This document shows positions 12,901 through 26,000 of a stretch of DNA of 64,000 bases, in pieces (position 1 is the stretch's first letter; every line of letters begins with the position of its first letter). The translations under genes and the position numbers were made by a program. The DNA lies in the NCBI GenBank assembly GCA_964035545.1, contig OZ037765.1, forward strand, positions 16,616,995 through 16,680,994. The letters run 5' to 3'. The notes under the pieces were generated by a model, which had not been told where the DNA came from, did no database searches, and saw only the letters and a list, made by a program, of their open reading frames with translations. This stretch comes from Bugula neritina (Eukaryota > Animalia > Bryozoa).

Positions 12901-14423
12901 ACCTTGCAGTAAGTTGAGGGACAACAACTTCAAGTTCATGAGACTCGGCAGGGTTATGCATAGACTTCTTGACTTCGTCGTTCTTTAAAATATTGACCAT
13001 TTGCAAGACTGCAAGTTTAGATGGCTGCGAGTAAGCATCCATGACTTAAGCATGTTACTCTTTCATTGATAATATTTGGTCAAATTATATCTGATAAAAA
13101 TTAACATATCTTACCACTTCAGAAATTTTTATTACCAGTCACATTTCCAGACATATCTCTGCAAAAATATTTTCACATGACATATTTAAAAATTACTTCT
13201 GATGAGCAGTATCAAATTCTTAAATTTTTGGATGTTTTTAAATATTTGTTTAGAACTGAAGTCTATCCCTTACTGGCCATTGACAAAACTGCTCATACCC
13301 TTTCTTTAACTTCCTTTTAAACTTTTAATCAGGCAGTTTGTGTAAAAATATTACAAGTTCTCTTCACACAACCTTTAAATTTATACTACTCATTGAATTC
13401 CCATCGTTATTATTCATGCAGTAGGTGGATTTCGACAAACATAAACAAAGTTCGGCAACTTGAGATGGAGTCCAGGCCGTTATTGGAGAGCTACTCATCT
13501 CTGTATGGAGAGCTGAAGAGCAGATATAATGTGACTGATATAGTATGGAACTGCGGTTGGAGAGGAACACACCGATTAGCTTCTCTGAAAAATCTCCAAC
13601 TACTAATAAACAGGAAGCCAGTATGTTTACAGTTGATGGCAGGTTCGCCTACTTTTGTTTTTCATGGTGTTATCTTATTATTACCTCTAGATATCTGAGG
13701 GAATGAGCTCGGGGTATAAGAGTTTATTAAGTTTACAGAGGGCGTCATTTTATTCAATTTGTTGCCAAGTTTAGTTATGCGCAGAAACTTCCAATGGCAT
13801 TGAGCTTCCACAAAATTAGTTTTGTTGCTCCACTGCATTTTTATTGGTTTAAAAATTATTGAATAATATTTTATGACTGTCACATAGGAACGATAGATGT
13901 TAACTAAATCAGTTTTTATTATTTCTCACACAAAATGCTTTGCATTGCATAATGCTTGAATAAAAATATAATTATATGTACTAAATTTATACATAAATGT
14001 AAGTGATCATCTTAATTTCTACCAATCATGATTAATTTTGTACCTGTAGGGAAGAAAATAATATTTGGCACAGCTAGCGGAGTTTCATTTAATGGAGACA
14101 TTGCTCTCTGCAGTGATGAAGTGAGCGTTCAATGGGAAAAGGTAGGCTTTAAATCTACATTTCATTAACTTTCTACTAGTTGAAATTGTTACTGAGCACA
14201 AAAAGTTGTTTTTTTGTTTCTATTACTGTTTATTGAAAAATAGATATACACACCCTCCTTGTGTTAATGTGACTTGCATATATAAGTTGAATTATGAAAA
14301 TAAAAGGTTAGAAACTAAATTTCTTGATGGGTATAGGAAAACCAATAAAACTCTAAGCAGTTGTGCAACATATAACTTGAGTTTGTTCTATTATTATATT
14401 AAGTTACATGATTGACTCTTATG

Positions 14424-14482
<59 letters not shown>

Positions 14483-16373
14483 CATCAGTGTATAAGTTGA
14501 GTGGCACTTCTAGAAGTTGCAGTAGAAAACTGAATTATTCCAATGGCAGTATAATGCAATTATCGTTCATAAAGCTTACATAAAAAGTTTACAAATGGTT
14601 TTTGCATTCATCTGTAATAGTATTATAGTTGTTTCAAAGCTGTTAGTGTATACACTGGTTGTAGGCATTAGATTCTATAGAAAACAGTACCAAATACCTA
14701 AAGTTGATTCCCGATAAAGAGAGGCAGCTGTCTTCATTACTTGGCGATATTCAGGTTAATAACCGAGCAGTTTAATATCAAACTTTGAGTTTCAAGCTAA
14801 AAGTATTTTAATAAAAGCAGTGAAGTTCAACAGTTTCAGCCATTGATTTTATTTCTACTAAAATGCATTTTTGAAATTTTAAATTTTCAGATATTGCATA
14901 TACTCTGTCTTAAATTTTTTCCTCACCGACATGAAACTTACATTTCTTGAAGTGAATAATGAGTAATGTAGATAGCATAAGTCAGACGTGTGCAGTAGCA
15001 TCAAAAGTTCTATTAAATGACTTGAGACTGCAATACATTATACTGGTTATGCATATAATTTAAATTGTAGGTTGTTCGTAGAAAGACCCCTCCATTTCCA
15101 ATGGCACCAGCATACTATTATTCATTGGCTAATCTTATTGGGAAACTTGGTATGTCGAGTACAGTCAGCCGCCCCACACTTTTACCTTCTTTAGAGCATC
15201 TCCAACTAGCCATTACTGGGTTAGAATTCATATACTGCATTTTTTATAACCTTTTATCACTACATGTTTACACTATAATGACTATATGATCACTATATAT
15301 TAGCTCTCACTTTTTCCTGTTTTGGTAAGAATTAGGAGCAATGTCACTGTATACAGAGGATGTGGTTGGAGCATTTACTTAGTAAACATGGAGTCATGGG
15401 TTCGAAACCAACAAAGGCCATTGGTTATGTTAGGAAGAGCATCTAGTCATAATTGCTCCTGTGCCCTATCTGAATAAGTCCTTAGCCCAATTTAACAAAA
15501 ACCCCTTCCATCAGGGATGGCGACTATAAATTGCGTAAGATTTTTGCCCCAGTCAGTGTATCCAACAACAATTCTGTTTAAACTTTATACTTTCGTTATT
15601 CGTTATTCCTCTTTTGATGATTTTAAATTTGGCATTTATTTTACAAAAAGTTGTGAAAACAAATAATTTAATTGAATTCAGCATCTAGTATTGCAATTCT
15701 AGGCTATTCAATGTTGAAGAAAGCAGTTGCTTTCCCATATATTGTTTTATCAGCTTGTACTCCTGCTTGCATAAATGTGTATCGATCTCTTTACATCAGG
15801 TGTTGAAAAGCAACCAGCATATTAATGACTAGCTACCTGTCAATACTGGTGAATTATTATGTAGGTCTATGGGTGATGAGATAATCTTGACCCCGGAAGG
15901 TCACATCAGTGTGCCTAGTCACAGCCCTGTGTGGGTTATTTACAACTTTATTAAAGAAAATGAACAATCAGCAGTTGAGTTACAACAAAAGTATAGGAAG
16001 TATGTTTTATCGACTAATGACAATTATTGTTTGCTTGTGTCTTAAGCCTCTTGTGATATATTTTATATTGCTTCATGCATGTAAATGTAGTCATAAAATC
16101 TTGTGATTTATTTGTCAGTTGGGTTGTTGCAGAAATAAATTAGAAGCTGAGCAATTGATGGAAAGTGTAAAAGAAGATTATAAACTGAACTCACTGGGTG
16201 TAGACATGTCTGTGTCATATGATCAGGTCATCACATGTTGCAAAAATCTGTTATTGTGTAATGACTCAATAAGATACATGCTTGAGGGTGTCAACCTGGT
16301 CATAGCACCTTACTTTGCTATTATGAGTGATGGGGATATGTACATCATGTGGGACTGGGTCAATGACTTATAA
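9977..16373 (+). CDS. TCAIM: T-cell activation inhibitor, mitochondrial (DUF4460/DUF4461 protein), 10 coding exons, ~497 aa
   Basis: Exons 9977-10038, 11184-11295, 11792-11933, 12656-12908, 13425-13642, 14050-14141, 14665-14754, 15071-15219, 15865-15999, 16133-16373 (1494 nt, in phase). Basic, acid-free N-terminus MGKWQTLFAVGARIGRKTFQRS (mitochondrial presequence-like); family motifs LRPFIFSVHPDLF..HP..KVNEASLKTL, WNCGW, C-terminal DGDMYIMWDW. Confidence 0.92.
10484..10823. mobile_element. Non-autonomous hAT (Charlie/Buster-type) MITE, 340 bp, in a TCAIM intron
   Basis: TIRs CAGGGCTGTCCAAC ... GTTGGACACCCCTG; perfect 8-bp TSD TCTTAGGA (10476-10483 and 10824-10831) with central TA; subterminal TGGCCC motifs. 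Confidence 0.92.
14425..14480. repeat. (TA)n microsatellite
   Basis: Pure TA dinucleotide run in a TCAIM intron. Confidence 0.97.
15345..15535 (+). mobile_element. tRNA-derived SINE-like repeat, copy 1
   Basis: Pol III B-box-like GGTTCGAAACC followed by a ~130 bp body (caacaaaggccattgg...gaataagtccttagccc...gatggcgactataaa) that recurs in inverted orientation at ~50288-50452. Confidence 0.72.
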
Positions 16374-17094
16374 CACTCAAGTCTAAGAGATGTTTATAGT
16401 TGCTTATTCTAGAGTCAGGTTTTATTTATAATGTAAAGATATAGTATAACATATCTCAACTTAGTGAACTGAACATGCATTTTTAAGCTTGTTATTCTGT
16501 AGCCAATTCTGGTAATGATGAATCATTAATCACTTGAAAAGAGAATATTTTGAATGCACTTATTTGTATGTATATGTATATGTATGTAAATAACTAGCAC
16601 CTAGAGTCCTCCAAATGATGAATATATTGTTGTACACATTTTCTATGTATTTATTTTTGCTTATAAAATGAAATAAAAAAATATTTCAATTAATACAGTT
16701 GAAATGAGGAGTTGCACATTTCATATAAGTAGAAAAACTGTTCCACATAAGAAAGTTTTGCATTGTCGCGTACCAGCAAGAACAAATTAAATGAAGGTGG
16801 AAAAAACTCATTGTAAGAATCATCATGTAAATAAACATGCTCAATATTTTTTGCAAATTGGTGAATGATAATTTCACTGAGTGCTTTTGAGAAAAGTATA
16901 TGCAACGCCTGTGTCTAAGTATGTAATTTGACAAAAAAGATATGGAATCACACTGTGGAAAATAATTTTGATAAGTGAAAATAATAATAAATAGCCAACT
17001 AATGTAAATAGCTCTCTCCAATGTTCTTGGTTTGAATAAATAGAAAATTGCAAAGTTGGTTTCAGAAACACCAGTCCGTTCCACCAGCATGACT

Positions 17095-20000
17095 TTAATA
17101 ATGACGGGCAGCATCTAATCTACTCCCAGGCCTTACCATGCTTGCTGATGGAAAATCATCCGAATCTAAAATATTATTTTACAGTGTCAGTAATATGTTC
17201 TCATTGACAATGGTAACACTAAAATGCTCGAGTCCATAGCATAACTTCTAAAAAGATTCAAATGGTATTTATTTAGAGGAAATTTTTGCTCTGTAGGTAC
17301 AAGATTGGTGTGTTTTGCAGAAATGCTGAACTGATTTTTGCAGTAAGTTAGTTGCTGTGAAATGAGTTGGAAAAGAGCCAACAGGAGAATGAACATAGCT
17401 GGTGTAGCACTCAGCTGGTGTAGCACTCAGCTGGTGTAGCACTCAGCTGGTGTAGCACTCAGCTGGTGTAGCACTCAGCTGGTGTAGCACTCAGCTGGTG
17501 TAGCACTCAGCTGGTGTAGCACTCAGCTGGTGTAGCACTCAGCTGGTGTAGCACTCAGCTGGTGTAGCACTCAGCTGGTGTAGCACTCAGCTGGTGTAGC
17601 ACTCAGCTGGTGTAGCACTCAGCTGGTGTAGCACTCAGCTGGTGTAGCACTCAGCTGGTGTAGCACTCAGCTGGTGTAGCACTCAGCTGGTGTAGCACTC
17701 AGCTGGTGTAGCACTCAGCTGGTGTAGCACTCAGCTGGTGTAGCACTCAGCTGACTCACCATCAGATATTCCACCAGATCTCTGGCTGGCCCGGGGATCA
17801 TCCGCTCTCTGTTTCTGTCTTTCTAGAATTTTTAAAAGTTGAGAAGACCCACTTTGTGTGTACTAAAAGTAAAAAGAATATAGAATAATTTTTGTCATTG
17901 CAGTGTAATAAGGATCAAACTCCCAGCAGAAGTAATATCTAAAACCAATTATATAATGCATATATAACGCCATCGCTCAGATATAAAGTAAAAAGTTAAT
18001 ATATTAAAAGAAAGCTATTGAGTTTTTAGGTATATATGGACTTTTTTTGGAAATCGGCAACCTATAGTAAAAAGTCCAGTCTTGCTTTCGTTTACATACA
18101 ATAAGCATATTCAAGAGATGCTATTAGGAGTTGCCTTTTCACAAATAATTGCAAATGCTTCTGCTGGTTAAAATGTAAACCATGTTTACAGATGCTCATT
18201 GTACGGAGAACAATTTAGGTTTCTCTAATTTCATGATTTAGCAGGCAAACAGTTTTAAACTTTCTACATGAAAAATTAATTGAATTATGTACTTTGCAGG
18301 TAAAGTTATTTTCTATTTTAGCAAAACTTTATAGTGTTACGCATTGATGCCAGTTGGTGGGTTTTAAAATTAATACAGGCGACCATTAAGCTCTGGGTAT
18401 ACAATCAAAAAGGAATCACGAGATTTTAAAAACAAAAAGAAATTTTTTTGGTCAAAAAACGCATAATTTTCTCCGTTGAAAGTAAGTAAATACATAGAAT
18501 TCAGCCAACATTGGAATGCTAGTAGAGTGTTTAAAAACTAATGGATTAATTTTACAACACAATTTTCATAACATAACTTTGATCACATTTGATGAGTAAA
18601 AGTTAATTAGATTCTACACTGGTTCATAAACAGCTTAGTAAAACAAATCTAGTACAAATACAATAAAATGTAGATGTGATATCAATTCTGCTAAAATTAC
18701 AACTTCTGAACTGATAAATATATAAAAAGAAATAAACAAGCTATAACGATTAAAACTTCATGTTATTACAGCCAATTTAAACTTCTACTACAACTTCTAA
18801 AAGACTTTTAGTTGTCACTAAATATCTAAATCGATCTAAATTCTAAACAATCATTCGTACAGTTTCAGACAGTCCCCAGTAAAAGCAAACTTAACTTTAG
18901 TCAACAAAAAGTAAAACATGCTTACTCCTGAATTAGTCTTCATAAGTTTGATTTGGCTAACGAGTCTTGAGCCTTCTTGTTGTCCAAACTCTCCAGTGAA
19001 TGCTTTATTGCTAAGCTGAAACAGCTCCTTGCCTGTGTATCCAGTCAGCACTCGTCGAGTACTGTGTAAAACACACAAATATAAATAATGCAAGCACACA
19101 ACAACATGAACCTTGAATTCCCAAAGAGCTAAAGCTGGCCAGAAGTAGCTCATTGCCAGAGTCTAGTATCACCACAAAACAAATAGTCCACAAAGGTACA
19201 ATCATTGTAGATGACTTCAGTGCCTCCTAGTAGTTAGCGAGAAAACCCTAACCATTCCTCTCCCGGTTCAAATGTGGCCCTATTATAATATCTATAGATT
19301 TACTTAGACTTTCGTTGTATATTGCATATAGAGTAAATTACAAGCTGAACTTACTGCTCCTGGAAACCTTTCTTTTGTAGCCAATCAGTGACCTCTTCAG
19401 CAGACGAATGCTCATCTATGAAAACCTGAGCTGTAAGAGAAGAAGATAAACGTCTGGCTCCACCATTCTGGTTGAGTAGGTTGGAATCCAGGAGGTTGAT
19501 TCTACTGAGTCTTTGCCTCAATTCCGAGTTGAACTCGTCACTTCTTTTAGATGCTGTAACAACATGTGTAACTACAGAGAATATTAGACAGTTCAATATT
19601 GAAAGCAATTTATTAATTAGATGTACCAAAATATAGTAGTTGACAGATTGAGAGGCAAGAAACTAAAATAGAAAACGTAGATCAATAACCTGTAATCAAC
19701 AACTGACAATTTATAAACTCATGATAATCCAGAAATACAAACTAAAACTAATTTATAGAGCCCTATATGTGTTCAACTTCACCCACACCCTAAAAGTTGA
19801 AAGAAAAGTTATAGAAAATAATAGTGACCTCATTGATCTGAAATCACAAACATAGTGTGGAAGATGAACCTCACTCTACGAAGTAACTTTTCTGGCGGCT
19901 ATAATTACCAACAGAGAACAACAGTGAAGCAATGATGAAGAAACTTTTACAGGCATTATGCATGAGTTAAGTTATCGACTACTCCTACATAAAACGAAGA

Positions 20001-23000
20001 GATCTCTGTGAAGATTTGATCTAATAAGAAAAAAACAAGAAACAACAAGACAGTTAAGCCACACCACCTCGATTGCTTGCACCTTACCTGCTGTTTCTGC
20101 AGATGTTTTATCTTTTTCCACTGTAAGTATTGAATTAGTTATATGATACAGGTTCACACTATATTGCTTTATGCCAGGAATATAAATGAAAGCATTTAAA
20201 TACTGGCAAGTTACATAAGTACAATTACATTATATATGTTTGTAATTGGTAAAGGTTGTCTAGTAATAAACACAACTCCTTGAAAGTTGGAGCCTTGAAG
20301 ATTTAAGAACTTGAAATACTTTGACTTTCTCAAGTTTCATACCACAAGAAATGGCTCTAGCTGGAACCATGAACATTCTAGACTACTGTCTAGTCTTATA
20401 CATGTGCTAGAGCTTTAAACATAGTATATCATAATGCATGAATTGCCACTTACATAATGCTGCAACATATACAGAACACTTTTATATTGTATAGGTAGAA
20501 ACCAGCGCTTCACATTTTAGGTCTGTCATTGCATAAGCAACAGTAAAAACTTGATATCACAGAATGTAGAGACTAATTCTCAACTTTACAGATATAAACT
20601 AAGATGAGATCTAGCAGTAACGAAAAGAAATTAGAAGTAAAAATGCTGGAAAAGATGCCAATATCTATTTCAAATAAGTTTCTCATAAAACCAGAGATGC
20701 CTCATTTATGCAAGTTATAAATCCAGACTGTTTTAATGTTAGAAACTTTATTACAATATTTTTATAAGATAAGAATAAATATATACCAGTGCCAGCCTAA
20801 ATAGATTACTTAAAAAGTCAAAGTGGTTGCATACATAAACTGTGGAAGTTCTAGAACATGGCCAATTCACCAAAGAAGTTGCCATGACTATTTTAGAGGT
20901 AACCAGCCATTAGTATAATATAAAGACAAGAGAATAGAGCTAAGTAATGTTCATCAAGCCAGGTGTTATTAAAGCAAAATTCTCTTTGAACAAAAATATT
21001 ATCAAATTGCAAAAGAAAACAGAGTGACTATATTAAAGATAATTCAGGAAATATTTTAGCATAACAACCTTATTAAACAATGGATCTAATAAGGAAAAAA
21101 ATTAAGAGTTTGCAGCACAGAACGAAAACATTAAATACATGCTGTTAGCATAATATTACAGCTGAAAGCAGCCACCAGTGCTTACAGCTCGCCTCTGATA
21201 GTGACGATTCAATACGAGAGGAGAGCTGAAGTTTTTTCAACACAAACTAAAAGCTGGGATAATTTCAAATGCACGATGGATCTCTATTTAAAAATCTTTT
21301 GAAAGAAATTGAGTAGGGCAGGATTTAAAATTCATCAATCGAAATAGAGTGAACAAATTTTAAAAGTTTGCACACACATACACACAAATAGCTAAAGCAT
21401 GAAGTCATATTAAAAAGCATAGGTGTTAGATTACAGCCAAGCAACCAGCAAATGATTCAACGGAATAGCAGAAGGCGCGTCAGGGTGGAGCTAGAAATAG
21501 CCATAGTCACCTTTACTAGCTAGAGAAGGTGGTTTCTTGGCAAGCTTCCAGTTGCCATTATTGACCTCAGAGATAGTTGGTGGGGGAAGAGGTGGCGGAG
21601 GTGGAGGTGCTGGTATTACCAGTGCTGGTTGTGGTGGAGGCGATGCAATAGCCGACTGAGTGCTCCTGGCAGAAGGATATGCATGACTGGGTGACAAGAG
21701 TGAGCTTTCAGCCTGTAATGTTAGTGAATTATAGTTAGTAGAGCTTAACAAGCAAATCTTACACCATCAGTTTAGAAATTTTCAGCCAATAACATGCATC
21801 CATATTGACTATTGTTCATTTAATAAGCCCAGTTTTTTAGAAACAAATTCTACAGCAAGCCATGCGTATACCCTGAACCCAACTAAATGAACGGAACAAG
21901 CAGACCATGCAAGCAAGTGCAAAGTAGTCCCTCTGCCTGCCTCAAGCTTTCAATCAGTAACAGTTAGTACAGAATGTTGCTTTACAAAGGAAAACATGCC
22001 GTCTCTGAAGCTGGTGCAAAACTATTTTATCAATGCAGACCTAATTTGAGTAACAAATTAATAAGATGTGAAAACTGTTAAAAAAATTTATCAAGTGAAA
22101 AAAGAGTAATAAAACATAATGCTGTTAATAAAGGTTAAACTGTTCTCTCAGCATTTCTCACACTCTCATATCTTCTGAGAAGAGTGTACGGTACAAATCC
22201 CTGATCACCGTTTATGTTAGCACACTTCCACCAATTCCTTGCATCATCAAGAACCTGAGGAATCAACAGTGTAATGCAAGAAATAGTACTATAATTCAAT
22301 GTAATATACCTGTATAGCAAGTTGAAGGGAAAGAGTTAAGTTACTATAATACAGATTGCAGTTTCACGAAACTAGCAATACTGGAAGTTTATATATTATA
22401 CATATAAATGCATTTTATAAGTTCGGTTTGCGCTAAAATCTGTACTTAAACACACCTCAATGATTTCCCCCTTTCTTATAGATAGCTCTTTAGAATTGTT
22501 TCCCTTTCTTTCTTGAACAACTTCATATATTCTAAAGCAAAGAACAATTTATATTCTACCTAAAATAGAGTCTAATTCACTAGCTATCCGCACTTTCTTA
22601 AAACCAGAGAATGGTGGAGTGGATGTAGCACCCCATGTGTAATTGATTCACCCAATACAACATATTTACTTTGACAAAAATTCAAAGTTGTTTGTGGTAT
22701 GAGATGGAGAACACAACTTCGAAATCTAATAGTCCACTAAGTAAGGTGAGCTTTGCTAAATTATTAATTTAGTTGTGAATAGTTTTGAGCAAAAAATTCT
22801 TACTTAGCATTTCTCATTTGCAGCTCATACAGGTACGTCTTCTGATACTCATCCCATGGAGTTCTTGTGTTATTGTTTGCATTTCTGTAAAAACATAGAA
22901 AAGAATGATAACTCCAACAATTGCATGTCCAAACGTTGACTAACCCACATTTAACGGGTCTGAAAAAGTTTGTAAAGGATTTGATAAGCTAGATTATTTA

Positions 23001-26000
23001 ATGTAAAGATATAAAATCAGTTTTTGTTACTGAGACAAAAAAAAGTGTTCATTTGTCTAATACTAATTAAAAACGCTCATTGGCTCAAACTCCTATATAA
23101 TAGAACTGTTAGGGAACCATTAATTCTGGATAACACATAGATGGCAGGATAAACTATGTAACGGCAAATAAATTGTTACGCAAGTAAAGTAGATAGATTC
23201 CAACCTGTCAACATGAAGAGACAACTCTGAAGGCCGGGGAGGTGAAGGAAAACTGGTGGAAACAGGAGAAATTGGAGACCTGAGGTTCAGGTCTGTAGGT
23301 CGTGCACCAGTTCCGTTAGCAGGCAGGTCGTTCTCATCTCGTGCACTAAATAACCCCTGTGAATGTGTATAACAACATAATTATATAAATACTAAGTGAA
23401 CATCTGTATACTATCCATGCTATTGGATGGTAACTTGGAATGTGTGCCGAGTACCGTTTTGATTAAAAATAGATAAAACAAAAGCTTCATAATTTGGAAA
23501 GGTAAAATATTTTATGTTAGAGCAAAATCGAGTTAAAATAGGACACTGCTAATCAGAGCTTCCATTCGTTGAATGTTAGTTATACAAAACAGGTTGCAGC
23601 TAGCTTGGTATAAATCTGCAGCTCTGTGCTCATCATTTCGCTGACTTCTCAGTATAAGCTTATTAATTCATTAACTGTGTCAACCATAGTGGAGTACATC
23701 TGAAGACGGCCATGGCCTGGCCAGAATAAAAGTCTTGATACCTTCTACATTTCGATCTTAACTCTATTTAGTTTTCATATAGAGTATTTTAAGCTTTCCA
23801 AACAAAGAAGCTTCTATCTTATCTATATTTATTGGCAGATTGACAAAGATTGACACGCCTAAGAAGTGAAGACTAAACTGATCTACAGTATCACCTATGC
23901 TACTGAATAAGCTTGTTCAACAAGCATGCTAAGTGACTCATTCTTATGATTACATCATTATAAAGAAACAAGAAGCTCAACCAAGATGCTAATAACCAAC
24001 ACCTGTCTGTGTCATTTACAAACCGCTGCCTCTGACAGCTGAGAAACTGCAAGCATTATTCCCTTACATTGTAGTGCTGGGCGGGCTCCTCCTCAGGTTC
24101 ACGGCTCAGTCTGTCCTGGGCCTGCTTAGCCACAAGGTTAGCCAGGGTGTTGCCAAGGAACATCTCCAACCACGTCTCAGACGGCTGAAATCCATCACTG
24201 AATCGCGGCCGGAACTCGCGTATTTGACCTTGTGCCCACTGGTTTCTAAAATATGATGTCACTTCAAGCAGTCAATGCAATGCTATGCCTGACGGGCAAA
24301 TAAAAAAACAAATCAAGTATAAAATGAGATGTTAACAACAATAAGGAATATCATCATTTAGTATCGCATAAACTACATAATTCCTTTGTTGTTGATATCA
24401 TTATGTTGAGAAAACTGGAGTAGAATAATACTGATCAAGTCTTTTACTATTATTTCACATTAAATTTCATTGATTTCAATTTAATTATATTTTACATACT
24501 ATGTTTCTATTTTTTCTTTTGGACTATTTACTTGAACGCAGAAAAAATCAAGAAAACTTCTTTTGTAGAAGCAAAAATCTGAGCACCAGTTGAGTAAATA
24601 CTGAATAAATAAGGTGCACTACCTTGGTGTTCTCCATGCTTCTCCCAGACACATCCAAAAGTCATACTCTTTACTAGTCAGGCAGTTTTCAAGAAGGTCA
24701 ACAGCGTGTTTACTTAGCAGGGGAGTCACTACCTACAACATCCAGAATACCACTATAATACATATTATACAATTACTACATACTGTGTTACTATACACTG
24801 TGTTACTACGTACTGTGTTACTACATACTGTGTTACTACGTACTGTGTTACTGTGTACTGTGTTACTATGTACTGTGTTACTATGTACTGTGTTACTACG
24901 TTCTGTGTTACAATACACTGTGTTACTACGTACTGTGTTACTATGTACTGTGTTACTACGTACTGTGTTACTACATACTGTGTTACTGTGTACTGTGTTA
25001 CTATGTACTGTGTTACTATGTACTGTGTTACTACGTTCTGTGTTACAATACACTGTGTTACTACGTACTGTGTTACTATGTACTGTGTTACTACGTACTG
25101 TGTTACTACATACTGTGTTACTGTGTACTGTGTTACTGTGTTACTATGTACTGTGTTACTATGTACTGTGTTACTATGTACTGTGTTACTATGTACTGTG
25201 TTACTATGTACTGTGTTACTACGTTCTGTGTTACAATACACTGTGTTACTACGTACTGTGTTACTATGTACTGTGTTACTACGTACTGTGTTACTACATA
25301 CTGTGTTACTGTGTACTGTGTTACTGTGTTACTATGTACTGTGTTACTACGTACTGTGTTACTGTGTTACTATGTACTGTGTTACTATGTACTGTGTTAC
25401 TATATACTGTGTTACTACGTTCTGTGTTACAATACACTGTGTTACTATGTACTGTGTTACTATGTACTGTGTTACTATGTACTGTGCTACTATGTACTGT
25501 GTTACTACGTACTGTGTTACTACGTACTGTGTTACTATGTACTGTGTTACTATGTACTGTGCTACTATATACTGTGTTACTACGTACTGTGTTACAATAC
25601 ACTGTGTTACTACGTACTGTGTTACTACGTACTGTGTTACTACGTACTGTGTTACTACGTACTGTGTTACTATGTACTGTGTTACTATGTACTGTGCTAC
25701 TATATACTGTGTTACTACGTACTGTGTTACAATACACTGTGTTACTACGTACTGTGTTACTACGTACTGTGTTACTACGTACTGTGTTACTACGTACTGT
25801 GTTACTATGTACTGTGTTACTATGTACTGTGTTACTATGTACTGTGTTACTATGTACTGTGCTACTATGTACTGTGTTACTACGTACTGTGTTACTATGT
25901 ACTGTGTTACTATGTACTGTGTTACTATGTACTGTGTTACTATGTACTGTGCTACTATATACTGTGTTACTACGTACTGTGTTACAATACACTGTGTTAC

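Noticed and set aside
16686-17114. 142-aa minus-strand ORF
   Set aside because: Overlaps the EPS8 stop and 3'UTR in another frame; AT-rich composition with no recognisable motif.
17397-17752. Regular repeat array resembling CRISPR
   Set aside because: Head-to-tail identical 16-mers with no unique spacers and no cas genes, in a eukaryotic intron.
24003-24067. Apparent extra EPS8 exon 24046-24003 (phase 0 to 2)
   Set aside because: It would need a 21-nt intron, too short for normal animal splicing, and read-through meets an in-frame TAA. Treated as coincidence.
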